NCBI RefSeq assembly: GCF_001194135.2
Contig: NC_068997.1
Span: forward strand, 49,184,123-49,248,122
Source: Octopus bimaculoides
Lineage: Eukaryota
DNA length: 64,000 nucleotides
Reading direction: 5' to 3'
Part shown: positions 1 to 11,282 of the stretch, piece after piece
Position numbering within the stretch: the first letter of the stretch is position 1
Layout: every line of letters starts with the position of its first letter
Notes under the pieces: generated by a model
Seen by the model: the letters and a program-made list of their open reading frames with translations, nothing else
What the model was told of the DNA's origin: nothing
Database searches by the model: none
Position numbers and translations under genes: made by a program

Positions 1-250
1 AATTTTAAAATGTCGATGACCAAATTGAAAACGCGATCCATTTTCAATCCACAGATTCATTAAATAAACACCCGCTGTGTGATGCAAATACCAGGGACCT
101 TCAACTTGATGAACTTAAAAATATATTAGTCGAGTGACATTGTTAATCTTCACTGATAGATGATGATCTAAAACGTGCAAAGTGAATTGATGTCCAAACA
201 CCACGAGAAATAAAACGGAACAACACAACTAATTTTAAAATAATACCTCA

Positions 251-398
251 TGTGTAGTAAGTAGCTTGCTTATCCACCGCATGGTTACGGATTCAGTTCC
301 ACTGCGTGACAACTTGGGCAAGTGTCTTCTACTATAGCCTCGGGATAACCAAAGCCTTGTGAGTGGATTTGGTAGATGGAAACTGAAAGAAGCCCGTC

Positions 399-430
<32 letters not shown>

Positions 431-629
431 NNNNNNNNNNNNNNNNNNNNNNNNNNNNNNNNNNNTACGTATCCACAAATTAGCGGTTCAGCAAAATAGA
501 CCGATAGAATAAGTATTAGGGTTACAAAGAATAAGTCCTGGGGTCGATTTCTTCGACTAAAGGCGGTGCTCCAGCTTGGCCGCAGTCAAATGACTGAAAC
601 AAGTAAAAGAATAAAAGAATAAAAGAATA
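251..629 (+). mobile_element. SINE type A (composite tRNA-derived SINE with internal TA/TG microsatellite), near full length
   Basis: Pol III-like head (TGTGTAGTAAG; B-box-like GGATTCAGTTCC), CORE-like ACTTGGGCAAGTGTCTT, (TA)n plus gap, second block CGATAGAATAAGTA...TGGGGTCGAT, tail GGCGGTGCTCCAGCTTGGCCGCAGTCAAATGACTGAAAC then (AAAAGAAT)n. Homologous copies recur across the window. Confidence 0.85.
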
Positions 630-702
630 TATGTGTGTGTATGCATGTCTATCTATGCATGTATATATAATTTTCGTAAGGGAAAGTCCTTTTATAACGT
701 AC

Positions 703-996
703 CTTTAAATTTTTTCCTCGCCTTCTTCTTACGTTTTAATTTCTTCCTTTTCTTCTTTGAACCTTTTAACTTCAGTGTGTGATTGTGGTGTATTTTATAG
801 CGGACGGACGTCTGGTCTACATACAGTTTTTCGGACACGGTATCAGTTTTGTCTTGGGTATCCGGGTTGTAACTTTCTGTTAACTTACGGTTCATATACA
901 CCTGTCCTCTGTTTCCTGGCGAAAGATGTTCTTCGCGAATTCTGTTCGGCTCCCGACCGTTTTCTTTGCCATTCACTTTGAAATTCATTTTCTTAC
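703..996 (-). CDS. Candidate internal coding exon (294 nt, phase 1-1) of a putative secreted protein with a basic C-terminal stretch
   Basis: Acceptor ttgtttattgcAG at 998-997, donor AAAG|GTACGT at 702-701. Open for 98 codons (xKKMNFKVNGKENGREPNR...KLKGSKKKRKKLKRKKKARKKFK). Without splicing at 702 the frame stops at 692. An alternative internal donor AACC|GTAAGT lies near 888. Confidence 0.45.
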
Positions 997-1034
997 CTGC
1001 AATAAACAATTTGTATACATATATTTGTACACCA

Positions 1035-1125
1035 CGTGACATGGAGTGTTTTGTTCAAGAACACAACGCACCATATCGTCTCGAAATTGAAACCACGATC
1101 ACTAGCAACACTAAACCATGCGCCA
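1035..1125 (-). mobile_element. SINE type C fragment (degenerate head and CORE-like block)
   Basis: Minus strand reads ...TGCGTTGTGTTCTTGAACAAAACACTCCATGTCACGT, matching GTGTTCTTGAGCAAGACACTTTATTTCACGT of the copy at 31368. Confidence 0.6.
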
Positions 1126-1278
1126 TCCTGACTGTAACTGCCCGAAACAGTAAGGACATCTGGTATCTTGACTGAACACACGAATGACCCGTCCTTTTTT
1201 CCCCCTGTTGTTTTTCCTGTCCGCTTTTGTATCGTCTATCAGTCCGAATGTTTTATTGTCCTTTATTGCGTTTTTGTT

Positions 1279-1316
<38 letters not shown>

Positions 1317-1371
1317 TAATATATATATGTGTGTGTGTGCGTGTGTGTGCGTGTGTGTGTGTGTATGTATG

Positions 1372-1408
<37 letters not shown>

Positions 1409-1756
1409 TTTATAAAGCATATTACTNNNNNNNNNNNNNNNNNNNNNNNNNNNNNNNNNNNNNNNNNNNNNNNNNNNNNNNNNNNNNNNNNNNNNNNNNN
1501 NNNNNNNNNNNNNNNNNNNNNNNNNNNNNNNNNNNNNNNNNNNNNNNNNNNNNNNNNNNNNNNNNNNNNNNNNNNNNNNNNNNNNNNNNNNNNNNNNNNN
1601 NNNNNNNNNNNNNNNNNNNNNNNNNNNNNNNNNNNNNNNNNNNNNNNNNNNNNNNNNNNNNNNNNNNNNNNNNNNNNNNNNNNNNNNNNNNNNNNNNNNN
1701 NNNNNNNNNNNNNNNNNNNNNNNNNNNNNNNNNNNNNNNNNNNNNNNNNNNNNNNN

Positions 1757-1799
<43 letters not shown>

Positions 1800-2171
1800 A
1801 TATACACACTCGGGTGCACACACACACAAACGCATACACACATGCGCGCTAATATCAAAAACAATATTATCATAAGCAAACCCCTTTCACACTCGCATTT
1901 ATATACTTTACTGCGGTATCGAACACAACTCTTTGTCAGACACCAGCTTCTTTTGCAGGTACGTATCTTCGATATCTATAACTGCTTGGTAAACACTTCT
2001 GCAATTTTCTTCGGGCAACCTTCTAATTATCATCACAAAACACTCACGAGAACATCAATGCAGAAAGCGAAACCATACCACGTTTAGAATCTTCAAGAAA
2101 GTACAATAGAAAGTTTTCTACCAAGAAATAAAATGAAGGTTTTTTTTTTTAATTTTCTTCTCCTTTTTCAG

Positions 2172-2470
2172 AATTCGATCAGTAACTCAGATACTGCAAG
2201 TTATTCAACGAAATAATTATAGACGTATCTTGAATGCAATTCCCACATGGCAACATAAAAAAAAGTATAGCCCTAATTATACACCAGATATAACCAATTC
2301 CAGACACAATACAACGAAACCACACGCAACAGAAATGAAATTCAACATCAAACAACTAAAGAAAGAAAACGAAGCAAAATACAACGAAAAACTAATGAAT
2401 CATGAAAGACATCGAAACTGGCAAAGATTTCTATCGAATATAAACAACAAAACTAACAGTAATAGAGAGA
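2172..2470 (+). mobile_element. Possible LINE ORF2 remnant (endonuclease-RT linker region)
   Basis: Open frame RIRSVTQ...NAIPTW...KYNEKLMNHERHRNWQRFLSNINNKTNSNR resembles the W..FL..IN.KTN linker of I/Jockey-type ORF2. Weak similarity judged by eye. Confidence 0.3.
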
Positions 2471-2709
2471 ATAGATTAATTAATAACAACAACAACAGCA
2501 ACAACGGTCATACAACATTGTATGCCAAAATAATAACCCTAAATAATTTAAAGACATTGCCACGCTAAGCAATAGCTCTTAGACACTTTTCGATAATGAG
2601 TCACTAAAAATCGTAGAACGAAAGCAAGTCTATAAAATGAAAAATATGCTCCTTTCACCTATAGCATGATGTCCTTTTTCTTTCAACAGATTTGGAAAGT
2701 TTTATAAAT

Positions 2710-2925
2710 AATATCAAATCTTTGAGAACTCAAGGCCAGAAGACAATCACAAACTTCCTTTTAGCACACACGTAAAATGTAATAAGCTAATATCAAAACT
2801 ATGAGATGTCAGGACCAGGAGACAATCAGATGCTTCTTTCTAGCAGATATATAAAATGTAATATTCAAATCTAAGAAACTTAGAGAACTTAGGACTAAAA
2901 GGTAATGAGGAGCTTTACACTTGAG
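2710..2925. repeat. Degenerate tandem repeat, ~71-79 bp unit, about 2.7 copies
   Basis: Units start AATATCAAA at 2710, 2789 and 2860. The first two share GACAATCA...TAGCA...TAAAATGTAAT; the third is more decayed. Confidence 0.6.
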
Positions 2926-2970
2926 ACCCAGAGTCTTAAGGAAGGAATCACTCACTGGATCACTTTTTTT

Positions 2971-3182
2971 TTCTCTACTGTAGGCACAAGGCCCGAAATT
3001 TTGGGGGAAGAGGCCAGTGGATTGGCTCGACTCCTGTATGCAACTGGTACTTAATTTATCGACTCCGAAAGGATGAAAGGCAAAGTCGATCTCGGCGGAG
3101 TTTGAACTCAGAACGTAAAGATTATCGAAATACTGCTAAGCCTTTCGTCGGCGTGCTAACGTTTCTGCCAGTTCGCCGCCTT
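2971..3182 (-). mobile_element. SINE type B1, full length, with target-site duplication
   Basis: Minus-strand head GGCGGCGAACTGGCAGAAACGTTAGCACG, B-box GAGTTCAAA, body GACTTTGCCTTTCATCCTTTCGGAGTCGATAAATTAAGTACC, B1 tail GGGCCTTGTGCCTA. Flanked by ACTGGATCAC(G)TTTTTTT at 2954-2970 and 3183-3200. Confidence 0.9.
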
Positions 3183-3283
3183 ACTGGATCACGTTTTTTT
3201 AAAAAAAATGTATCTGCATTATTCAATGTCCTTTCTTACTGTCAACACAAGGAAACATAAAAAAACAATAAACAATAAACTGT

Positions 3284-3511
3284 AGTACTCAATAGCAAAG
3301 GCATGTCGCACATGCGATTCCATTCACTCGGATCCCCTCAACATGCAAATCCCCGCTGCCCGATAACACATCTAGCAGCGGATCGGTTGCAATGTTAAAG
3401 AGGATCGGTGAGAGCGCGTCCCCTTGCCTAACACCCTGGCGAATCTCGATGGGTTCACTAACTTGTCCCCCGACTGAGAATTTGGTAGCACTTTCTTCAT
3501 AGATCCCCTGC
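3284..3511 (-). mobile_element. Non-LTR retrotransposon reverse-transcriptase fragment (R2/NeSL/R4-type)
   Basis: Translates as EPIEIRQGVRQGDALSPILFNIATDPLL...VNGIAC followed by a frameshifted, degenerate YADD equivalent. The G-[VI]-R-Q-G-D-x-L-S-P motif is typical of non-LTR RTs. Confidence 0.9.
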
Positions 3512-3724
3512 ACACACATACACACACACACACACCCATACACACACGAAGGAGACGCAGAAAGAATTCTTTGGATTACAGTTCAGTTTGATCAGAGCTT
3601 AACTCCAATTGAACAAATACAACAACAACGAGTGTACAGAAACAAACTGAGAAGTGAAAAAGTGGAGGGAGAGAGAGGGAGAGAGGGGGGAAAGAGAAAG
3701 AAAGAGAGAGAGAGGAAAAGAGAG

Positions 3725-3781
<57 letters not shown>

Positions 3782-4500
3782 NNNNNNNNNNNNNNNNNNN
3801 NNNNNNNNNNNNNNNNNNNNNNNNNNNNNNNNNNNNNNNNNNNNNNNNNNNNNNNNNNNNNNNNNNNNNNNNNNNNNNNNNNNNNNNNNNNNNNNNNNNN
3901 NNNNNNNNNNNNNNNNNNNNNNNNNNNNNNNNNNNNNNNNNNNNNNNNNNNNNNNNNNNNNNNNNNNNNNNNNNNNNNNNNNNNNNNNNNNNNNNNNNNN
4001 NNNNNNNNNNNNNNNNNNNNNNNNNNNNNNNNNNNNNNNNNNNNNNNNNNNNNNNNNNNNNNNNNNNNNNNNNNNNNNNNNNNNNNNNNNNNNNNNNNNN
4101 NNNNNNNNNNNNNNNNNNNNNNNNNNNNNNNNNNNNNNNNNNNNNNNNNNNNNNNNNNNNNNNNNNNNNNNNNNNNNNNNNNNNNNNNNNNNNNNNNNNN
4201 NNNNNNNNNNNNNNNNNNNNNNNNNNNNNNNNNNNNNNNNNNNNNNNNNNNNNNNNNNNNNNNNNNNNNNNNNNNNNNNNNNNNNNNNNNNNNNNNNNNN
4301 NNNNNNACAACCACCACCACCACCACCATCACAACTACTACCCTCTCTATCTCAAGAACAACAAAACACTACCACCACCACCACCACCACCATCACCACT
4401 ACTGCTGCCGCTAATACCATCGCCACCACCAACAACAACAACAAGGAAACACTACCAGTACCATAGGCGCCATTGCTAGTACCGTTTACCACTACTACTG

Positions 4501-4546
<46 letters not shown>

Positions 4547-5336
4547 CACTACTACTACTAGTAATACTACTACTACCACTACTGCTGCTGATGCTGCTAC
4601 TGCTACTACTACTAATACTACTATTATTACGATTATTGCTGTTATTACTACTATTACTACTACTACTACTATTTCCCCCAAACACTGCTGTACACAATTA
4701 CACACTCCCTCCCTCTCTCTCACCCACTACCTCTCTATCTATCTCTCACACACACTACCCCCTTCTCTCTCTCTCTCTCACACCCACACACTCTACCCCC
4801 TTCTCACTCTCTCACACACACACACACACAGAAATGCAAACGCACACGAAGACACACATGCACAAAAACACGCACACGCACACACGTTTACAGAATCACC
4901 CCCACCCCCATCCCCCACACACAGAGCCAAACACAAAGATCACAGTTCGTCCGACTCCCAAGCATCGACATGCAATCACAGAGCGAAGATAATTCATTTA
5001 GATAAAAATAAAAGAAGAGCAAAAAGATTGCTTTTCAAATGGAAGTTATATTGTTAGGGCATGTATCATGCATTATAGATATCGTGTATCGATTAACCAT
5101 TCACTATCGATCAAAACTTATTCACCTTCCGTTTTATCCCTCTCCTTTACAGCCTCTGAGTTGCTTTATATACACCCAGCGCGGCCAGATTGCATCTCGT
5201 GATGTTAATAGGACGTCGTCAGTAAATACATGACACAAGGGCAAAGGAGAGGAAGGGTGAAAAAGGAGAGGGAGGAGGTTGATATCTTAATTGTTTATCT
5301 TGCCAATTGTCGTGTCTGTGTGTGTGTACGTATGTA

Positions 5337-5367
<31 letters not shown>

Positions 5368-6111
5368 GGTAAGGATGGATGGATGGATGGATGGCCGGAT
5401 TGATGGATGGATGGTTGGATGAATCGATCGATCGATGTGTGGATGAATGTATGTGTATGTATATGTACGATTGTTTTGTATGTATGTAAGTATGTATGTA
5501 TTCATGCATGAATGGATGGATGAATTGATATGAGTATTATCTGTACGTATCTATGTATGTATGTGTCTGTGTATATGTGTGTATATATCATGTATGTATG
5601 TATGTATCTGTGTATGTATCATGTATGTATGTATATATGCATGTATGCATGTATGTATGTATGTATGTATTATGCAAGTATGTATGTATCTGTGTATGTG
5701 TCTGTGTATGTATCATGTGTATGTATGTATGTATGTATGTATGTACTTACGAACGTATGTATGTATATATGTATCTATGCATATATGCATTTATAGCGTT
5801 ATGCATACATTTAACTGCTATGTAAGTTTACATGCATGCATATATACAACTATGCATAAGCACTTAACTGACATGTACGTATACACGCATGTGAGCATGT
5901 ACGCAGTTTTGCTTTTATGCATGTATGTAACAGTTGTGTATGTATGCCTGTATGCATATATGCAGTTATGCCTTTATGCATGTATGCGACTGTTACGTAT
6001 GCATTCATGTATGTATGATCGTATGCAATTGTGGCTCAGGTGAATGCATACAAATGCGCAGATTCATCTTTGCATGCACGTCTACTTTATTTTCTCATAG
6101 CAATTTTCAGA

Positions 6112-6255
6112 CTGTGGTCATCGTGGCGCACCGCTTTCAAAGGTTTTAGTCGAATAAATCGACCGCAGTACTTATTTGGAATCTGGGTTTTATTCTAACG
6201 ACACCGTCTTTCGCAAACCGCTAGGTGCGATAACATAAACAAACCAACACAGGTT
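6112..6255 (-). mobile_element. SINE type A 3' half, degenerate
   Basis: GCACCGCTTTCAAAGGTTTTAGTCGAATAAATCGACC...ACCGCTAGG matches the reverse complement of the 3' module at 480-590. Confidence 0.7.
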
Positions 6256-6351
6256 ATTGAGGCTTATCTGAGTTCTTCGTAACTAAGTAACTAAGCATCT
6301 TTACGTCAAGAGATTTCCATGTATTTGCCAGCTTGTGAATAAGTTAATGTG

Positions 6352-6470
6352 CAGCAGGCGTGTCTGTGTGGTAAGAAGCTTGCTTCCCAACCACATCTTT
6401 CCGGGTCGGGCCGACCAAAGCCTTGTGAGTGGATTTGAGAGACGGAAACTGAAAGAAGACCGTCGTATAT
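6352..6470 (+). mobile_element. SINE type A head with internal deletion
   Basis: TGTGTGGTAAGAAGCTTGCTTCCCAACCAC joined directly to GGGCCGACCAAAGCCTTGTGAGTGGATTTG...GAAACTGAAAGAAGACCGTCGTATA. Confidence 0.8.
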
Positions 6471-6975
6471 ACAAACCTCATTAAGGGATAGCAAAATCCA
6501 ATGAAAATACTGGTTAGTTACCCATGGAGAATTGATGTGGTGGAGCTTCAGTACCCAAAATATTTCACTAATATCTATTATTCATATTGGAGTAACAGAT
6601 AGGATATGTACCAGCTTGTCAAAATCAAAGTAGAAATTAACTTGGATTCCCAGAGAAAATGTACGTCCATAATTTATACGCTACGAATTATCTTAAAATC
6701 TGGGGCGATGAAAATCCGCAAGTCATTAAGTTTAAGGGATGAAATGGTTGCGCTAATGAATGCGAAAAGACGAAAAGTATTTTTTTTTTTTGCGACCTTG
6801 CAACTGAACTGGTAGCCAATGAAAATAAATGCTAAAATTCCAATCAAGAAGAGAAGTCATACAAATTAACTTACATATAAATACGTACACACGTTCTTAA
6901 ATATATAAACACGGCATTGCGTTCAGTCACACGAGCGTAAACGATTACTCATTCATTTCCGTAATAAATACAACT

Positions 6976-7124
6976 CACTAAAACGTACAATTTACTAAAA
7001 CGTACAATTCACTAAAACGTACAATTCACTAAAACGTACAATTCACTAAAACGTACAATTCACTAAAACGTACAATTCACTAAAACGTACAATTCACTAA
7101 AACGTACAATTTACTAAAACGTAC
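6976..7124. repeat. 17-bp minisatellite (C/T)ACTAAAACGTACAATT, 8 full copies plus one partial
   Basis: Units counted directly at 6976, 6993, 7010, 7027, 7044, 7061, 7078, 7095 and 7112; only the first base varies. Confidence 0.95.
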
Positions 7125-8113
7125 GTCACTTATAGAAACCTAGAAAAATATTCGCTATCCTTTTAGATGATCGCAAAGAAGCGGCTTTTAGAGCAAATCA
7201 TTGTGGTAATGAAGCGGTGAAATTAAAAATACAAATGAAACCTTGGATTACTGCTGTATATACCATGGTAGTAAGACAGAATAATAATGTTAGCTACCAC
7301 AGGTCGTGGAACTAAAAGGAGAAATTCTACTGGAGTTTTGAATTGAATCAAGATATATACCAAGGTTAGGGAAGTTCCGTTGGTCAGTTACAGAAAAAAG
7401 ATGATGGGTTAATGGTATGCAAAATATCGTATCTATTCACAATTCAATGTGAATCAATGTTTCTCGCTGAAATATTGCTTCTGTTAGTAAGCTATGGTCT
7501 GTTGAGCTGAAAACACTGCTGCTCTTCTCGTAAAATCTACCAAAAAACCTGCACAGCAAATAACAAAATCAGTAGATTAGTATATTTTGCCTTTTGGGAT
7601 CGAGAAAATTTGTAAAACCATGAACCGTGAGAAAAACAAAAATGGAAACAATGACGCTGAGATAGAACTGCCGCCATTAGACGGAGATGTGGTAGTAATA
7701 TCGGAACAAACATAAATGAGGGAAGCATGCAGATCAAAACACTGCTGGCGGTAATATTGGAACGAATTCACGTTTTACATTAACAAACCACTAAATGGAA
7801 GAATGATTGTTACGACAAGAATCGATAGAAAGGAAACCTAGTGACTCGGTGTTATCAGTGATCGATTAAGTTGCTAAAGAATACATAGCAAAAATGGAAG
7901 CTCCCAGCTTTTGGACATTTCATGTCTTATTGTATTTTGATGCAATTACCGTTGGTCAACAGATGGGAATAACAGATCGCTCGAAATAACACAGAATCAG
8001 AATGGATTACTTCTCTCCAAAAGAACATCGATAAACTACGGAAAAATATCGGATAGTTGGAGACTATCATTTGATGTAAAGAGACTAATATATTCACAAA
8101 TAACGAGCTCGAT

Positions 8114-8147
<34 letters not shown>

Positions 8148-8861
8148 GGAGAGAGAGAGAGAGAGAGATGCGGAGAGAGAGAGGTAGAGAGAGAAAGAGA
8201 GAGAATATCCAAAATCTATGGGAACTGTCGGTGAGAGACTCTCACAAGTAAACTAATTGTCTTTAAATAAGAACAGTGATCAATAAGTCAAAAGCAAGAA
8301 CATTTAGTAGATTCGGTGATGGTACTTCGCTTCTAAAAGGAGAGCTTTGTTGGCGAGAAATTTTACGACTATTAATTGTAAGTTTACAGTACGGAAGACC
8401 ATATCGCTAAGGTTGTCTTCATTCAATATTTTTGTCACCATCTTCGTGTTAAATGGACAGCGGACTTCCATAACCAACAGAGAAATGCTTTTATTTTGTG
8501 AACCCAAGCAACAATATCAAGTGATTGTTTCTGCAAGATCTGTACCATGTATGTTCTCTTCTCTTTTTAATCATTTAAATTCTTCCTCCGAGAAAGGATT
8601 TGGTTTATAAACAAAAATACAAAACCTCCATGATTAGAATGTAAATAACAAAATGAAGAAACAAAAAAAAAAACAATGTCACCTTTTAAATTTGATAAAA
8701 GTCTTGCATATTATTATTGCTCCTCTTACAGATTGTATTTCTAATGTGCTAGCTAATTGGTTGGTTTATTTTCTGAAAATCCAAGCTTATCAGTTGGGCA
8801 TATGTATGTATGTGTGTGTATGTATGTATGTATGTATGTGTGTATGTGTGTATGTATGTAT

Positions 8862-9093
8862 TATTTCTTAACTACCCACAAGGGGCTACACACAGAGGGG
8901 ACAAACAAGGACAGACAAACGGATTAAGTCGATTATATCGACCCCAGTGCGTAACTGGTACTTATTTAATCGACCCCGAAAGGATGAAAGGCAAAGTCGA
9001 CCTCGGCGGAATTTGAACTCAGAATGTAGCAGCAGACTAAATACCGCTAAGCATTTCGCCCGGCGTGCTAACGTTTCTGCCAGCTCGTCGCCT
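8862..9093 (-). mobile_element. SINE type B2, full length, embedded in (TATG)n
   Basis: Same head and body as B1 but a different tail (minus strand: TTAATCCGTTTGTCTGTCCTTGTTTGTCCCCTCTGTGTGTAGCCCCTTGTGGGTAG...AAGAAATA). Confidence 0.9.
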
Positions 9094-10437
9094 ATGTATG
9101 TATGTATGTATGTATGTATGTATGTATGTATGTATGTATGTATGTATGTATGTATGTATGTATGCATGTATATATGTATCTATGTATCTATGTGTAAATG
9201 TATGCATGAATGAATAAATGGATATTTGCATCTAAGTAGATTGGAAGGTGTGTATGCGTGTATGGGCATATGTATGTGTGTGTGCGTATGTTTTCACATA
9301 CGTACGCACGTATGTATCTATGTATGCGTGCATGTATATTCCCGAGTATGTATGACTATATGTGTGAGCATGTATGTATATACGTATGTATGTGTATATG
9401 TATGTATGAACGTATGTATGAATGTATGCATGTGTTCGCTGCTTCACTGGTTCTGTCCAGCTTTCACTGGTTTTGTCCGCCCTGCTATTCCCATTTCACC
9501 GTTGTACCACTGACTTCAGTTATACAAAAGCAAACGGACAGACACTGGCGGTGGTGGTGGTGGCGTTGGTCGTGGCGTTGGTGGCGGAGTCAGTTAATAG
9601 AGTACACAAGGATATCGTATTTAGTTACAAAAGGACCAATAGAGCATAACACTAAGATCGATCCCTGATTCATTGTTATTTAACGATCCACCAGAATTTT
9701 TTTCACCAACCACACACCTCTCCCGCTCCGCAGCCTTAATTGCTGTTGATTAATAACTGAAGACAAACTAATTAAATTGTAAATAACTTCGTATAATGAT
9801 ACAAAGGTTGACGACTAAATAATAATCGCTAGAATAGCAAATATTAATGATGATGANNNNNNNNNNNNNNNNNNNNNNNNNNNNNNNNNNNNNNNNNNNN
9901 NNNNNNNNNNNNNNNNNNNNNNNNNNNNNNNNNNNNNNNNNNNNNNNNNNNNNNNNNNNNNNNNNNNNNNNNNNNNNNNNNNNNNNNNNNNNNNNNNNNN
10001 NNGAGGAGGGGGGATGGGATGAGGATGGGATGAGGAGGGGAGATAGAGGTGGAGGAGGAGGAGGAGATGGAGGAAGTGGAGGAGGATACCGATGATGACG
10101 TAGATTATGATGATGATGATGATGATGATGATGATGGTGATGATGACGATGATAAAAATAATTATAATAATCCTTTCTACTATGTGCAAAAGGCTTGAGA
10201 TTTGGGTGTCGGTACTTGACTGGCACATATTTCATCGACCCCGAAAGGATGATGGTGATGATGATGATGATGATGATGATGAGGAGGAGGAGGAGGAGGA
10301 GAAAAATAATAATACCAATAATAACTATTTCTTTTATTTTGTCACGGGTGCATACGCTGAAGGGCTTCCTTTGGAAATAGAAGAAAAGGGTAAAGAGAAA
10401 AGTGCTTTCTCTCTTTCTTTCTCTCACTCTCTCCCAG

Positions 10438-10452
10438 TGAATTTATCAAAAG
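10438..10452 (+). other. Candidate 15-nt microexon
   Basis: ~33-nt pyrimidine tract ending CCAG, then TGAATTTATCAAAAG, then GTGAGT. The tract may simply be a CT microsatellite. Confidence 0.3.
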
Positions 10453-11256
10453 GTGAGTAACTGTGGCAAAAAAGGTTAGCCTGAACCATTCGATCATGCA
10501 AGTGTAGATTGGAGAAAAATATTTGTCCGACACCTCGTTGTTTACGCGACCAATGGTGCTACCTTTACACCAACGCACCAACCTGCTCCAGTCTGTCAGA
10601 TTTAAAACCTCTAATCAGTTCGTAGTTGTTTTTCTAAACAAACTTTCATGTGCTTTTTAACTGCGAAGGTTTTGTTAAGCAGCGTCGATTTTTTACAAGA
10701 GGGTCAAATATACATATGTATATGTATATATATATATGTACACAAACATAAACATACACACATACATCTATGTATACACAGATTTATGTATATATCCAAA
10801 CCTTTATACATATTTGCACATATAAATATATGCATGCGTATTTCTAAATATACACATGTATATGAATATGTATATACAGACAGATGTACATATCCATATA
10901 TACACGCGTTTTCAGCATGTGTGCGTGTGTGTATGTGTGTGCGCGTCTTTGGACAATAGCCTTTTGTTAAGACATGCTTGGTTAAACAAACAAACGAGAA
11001 ATCTGTTAACCGCCTTCGTATTGAACCACTTCTATTCTCTGAAGGCGTTTTTGTTTGTAGCATTCGAAGAAGGTCTATTTCTGTGATCAAAGGAAGAACA
11101 CATAAAGCAAATTTTCGGCCACTTATGTACGATGCAACCTCGCATTTGTATTGCTGAATTAAGTAAACTCAGGTACTATATTAAAGTTCAAAGCGCGAAG
11201 ATAAACGTTCTTCCAAACGAGTAGATTTGCGCCATGGTTGTCGATTGACTTTACAG

Positions 11257-11282
11257 CTTCTGCAAAGGAGCTTAAACAACCG
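11257..11282 (+). other. Candidate 26-nt microexon
   Basis: ttgactttacAG|CTTCTGCAAAGGAGCTTAAACAACCG|GTAAGT; in phase with 10438-10452 (xNLSK-ASAKELKQP). Confidence 0.25.

Noticed and set aside
780-830. KLYVDQ resemblance to the LYVDF motif of BMP/TGF-beta ligands
   Set aside because: No cysteine-knot cysteines, and the motif lies before rather than after the basic stretch.
997-1042. MSRGVQIYVYKLFIA as the N-terminus of ORF 692-1042
   Set aside because: It overlaps a SINE C remnant and an acceptor-like tract; better read as intron, with the exon starting at 996.
1940-1958. Plus-strand AG...CAG|GTACGT microexon or recursive-site look-alike
   Set aside because: Ambiguous acceptor and no phase partner; likely chance.
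5100-5230. Strong plus-strand acceptor at 5152 with a 69-nt open segment, and a minus-strand TATATAAAG at 5172-5164
   Set aside because: Weak donor, no recognisable product, and the two readings conflict; insufficient support for either.
6976-7124. CRISPR-like array
   Set aside because: Contiguous tandem units without spacers, eukaryotic context, no cas genes.
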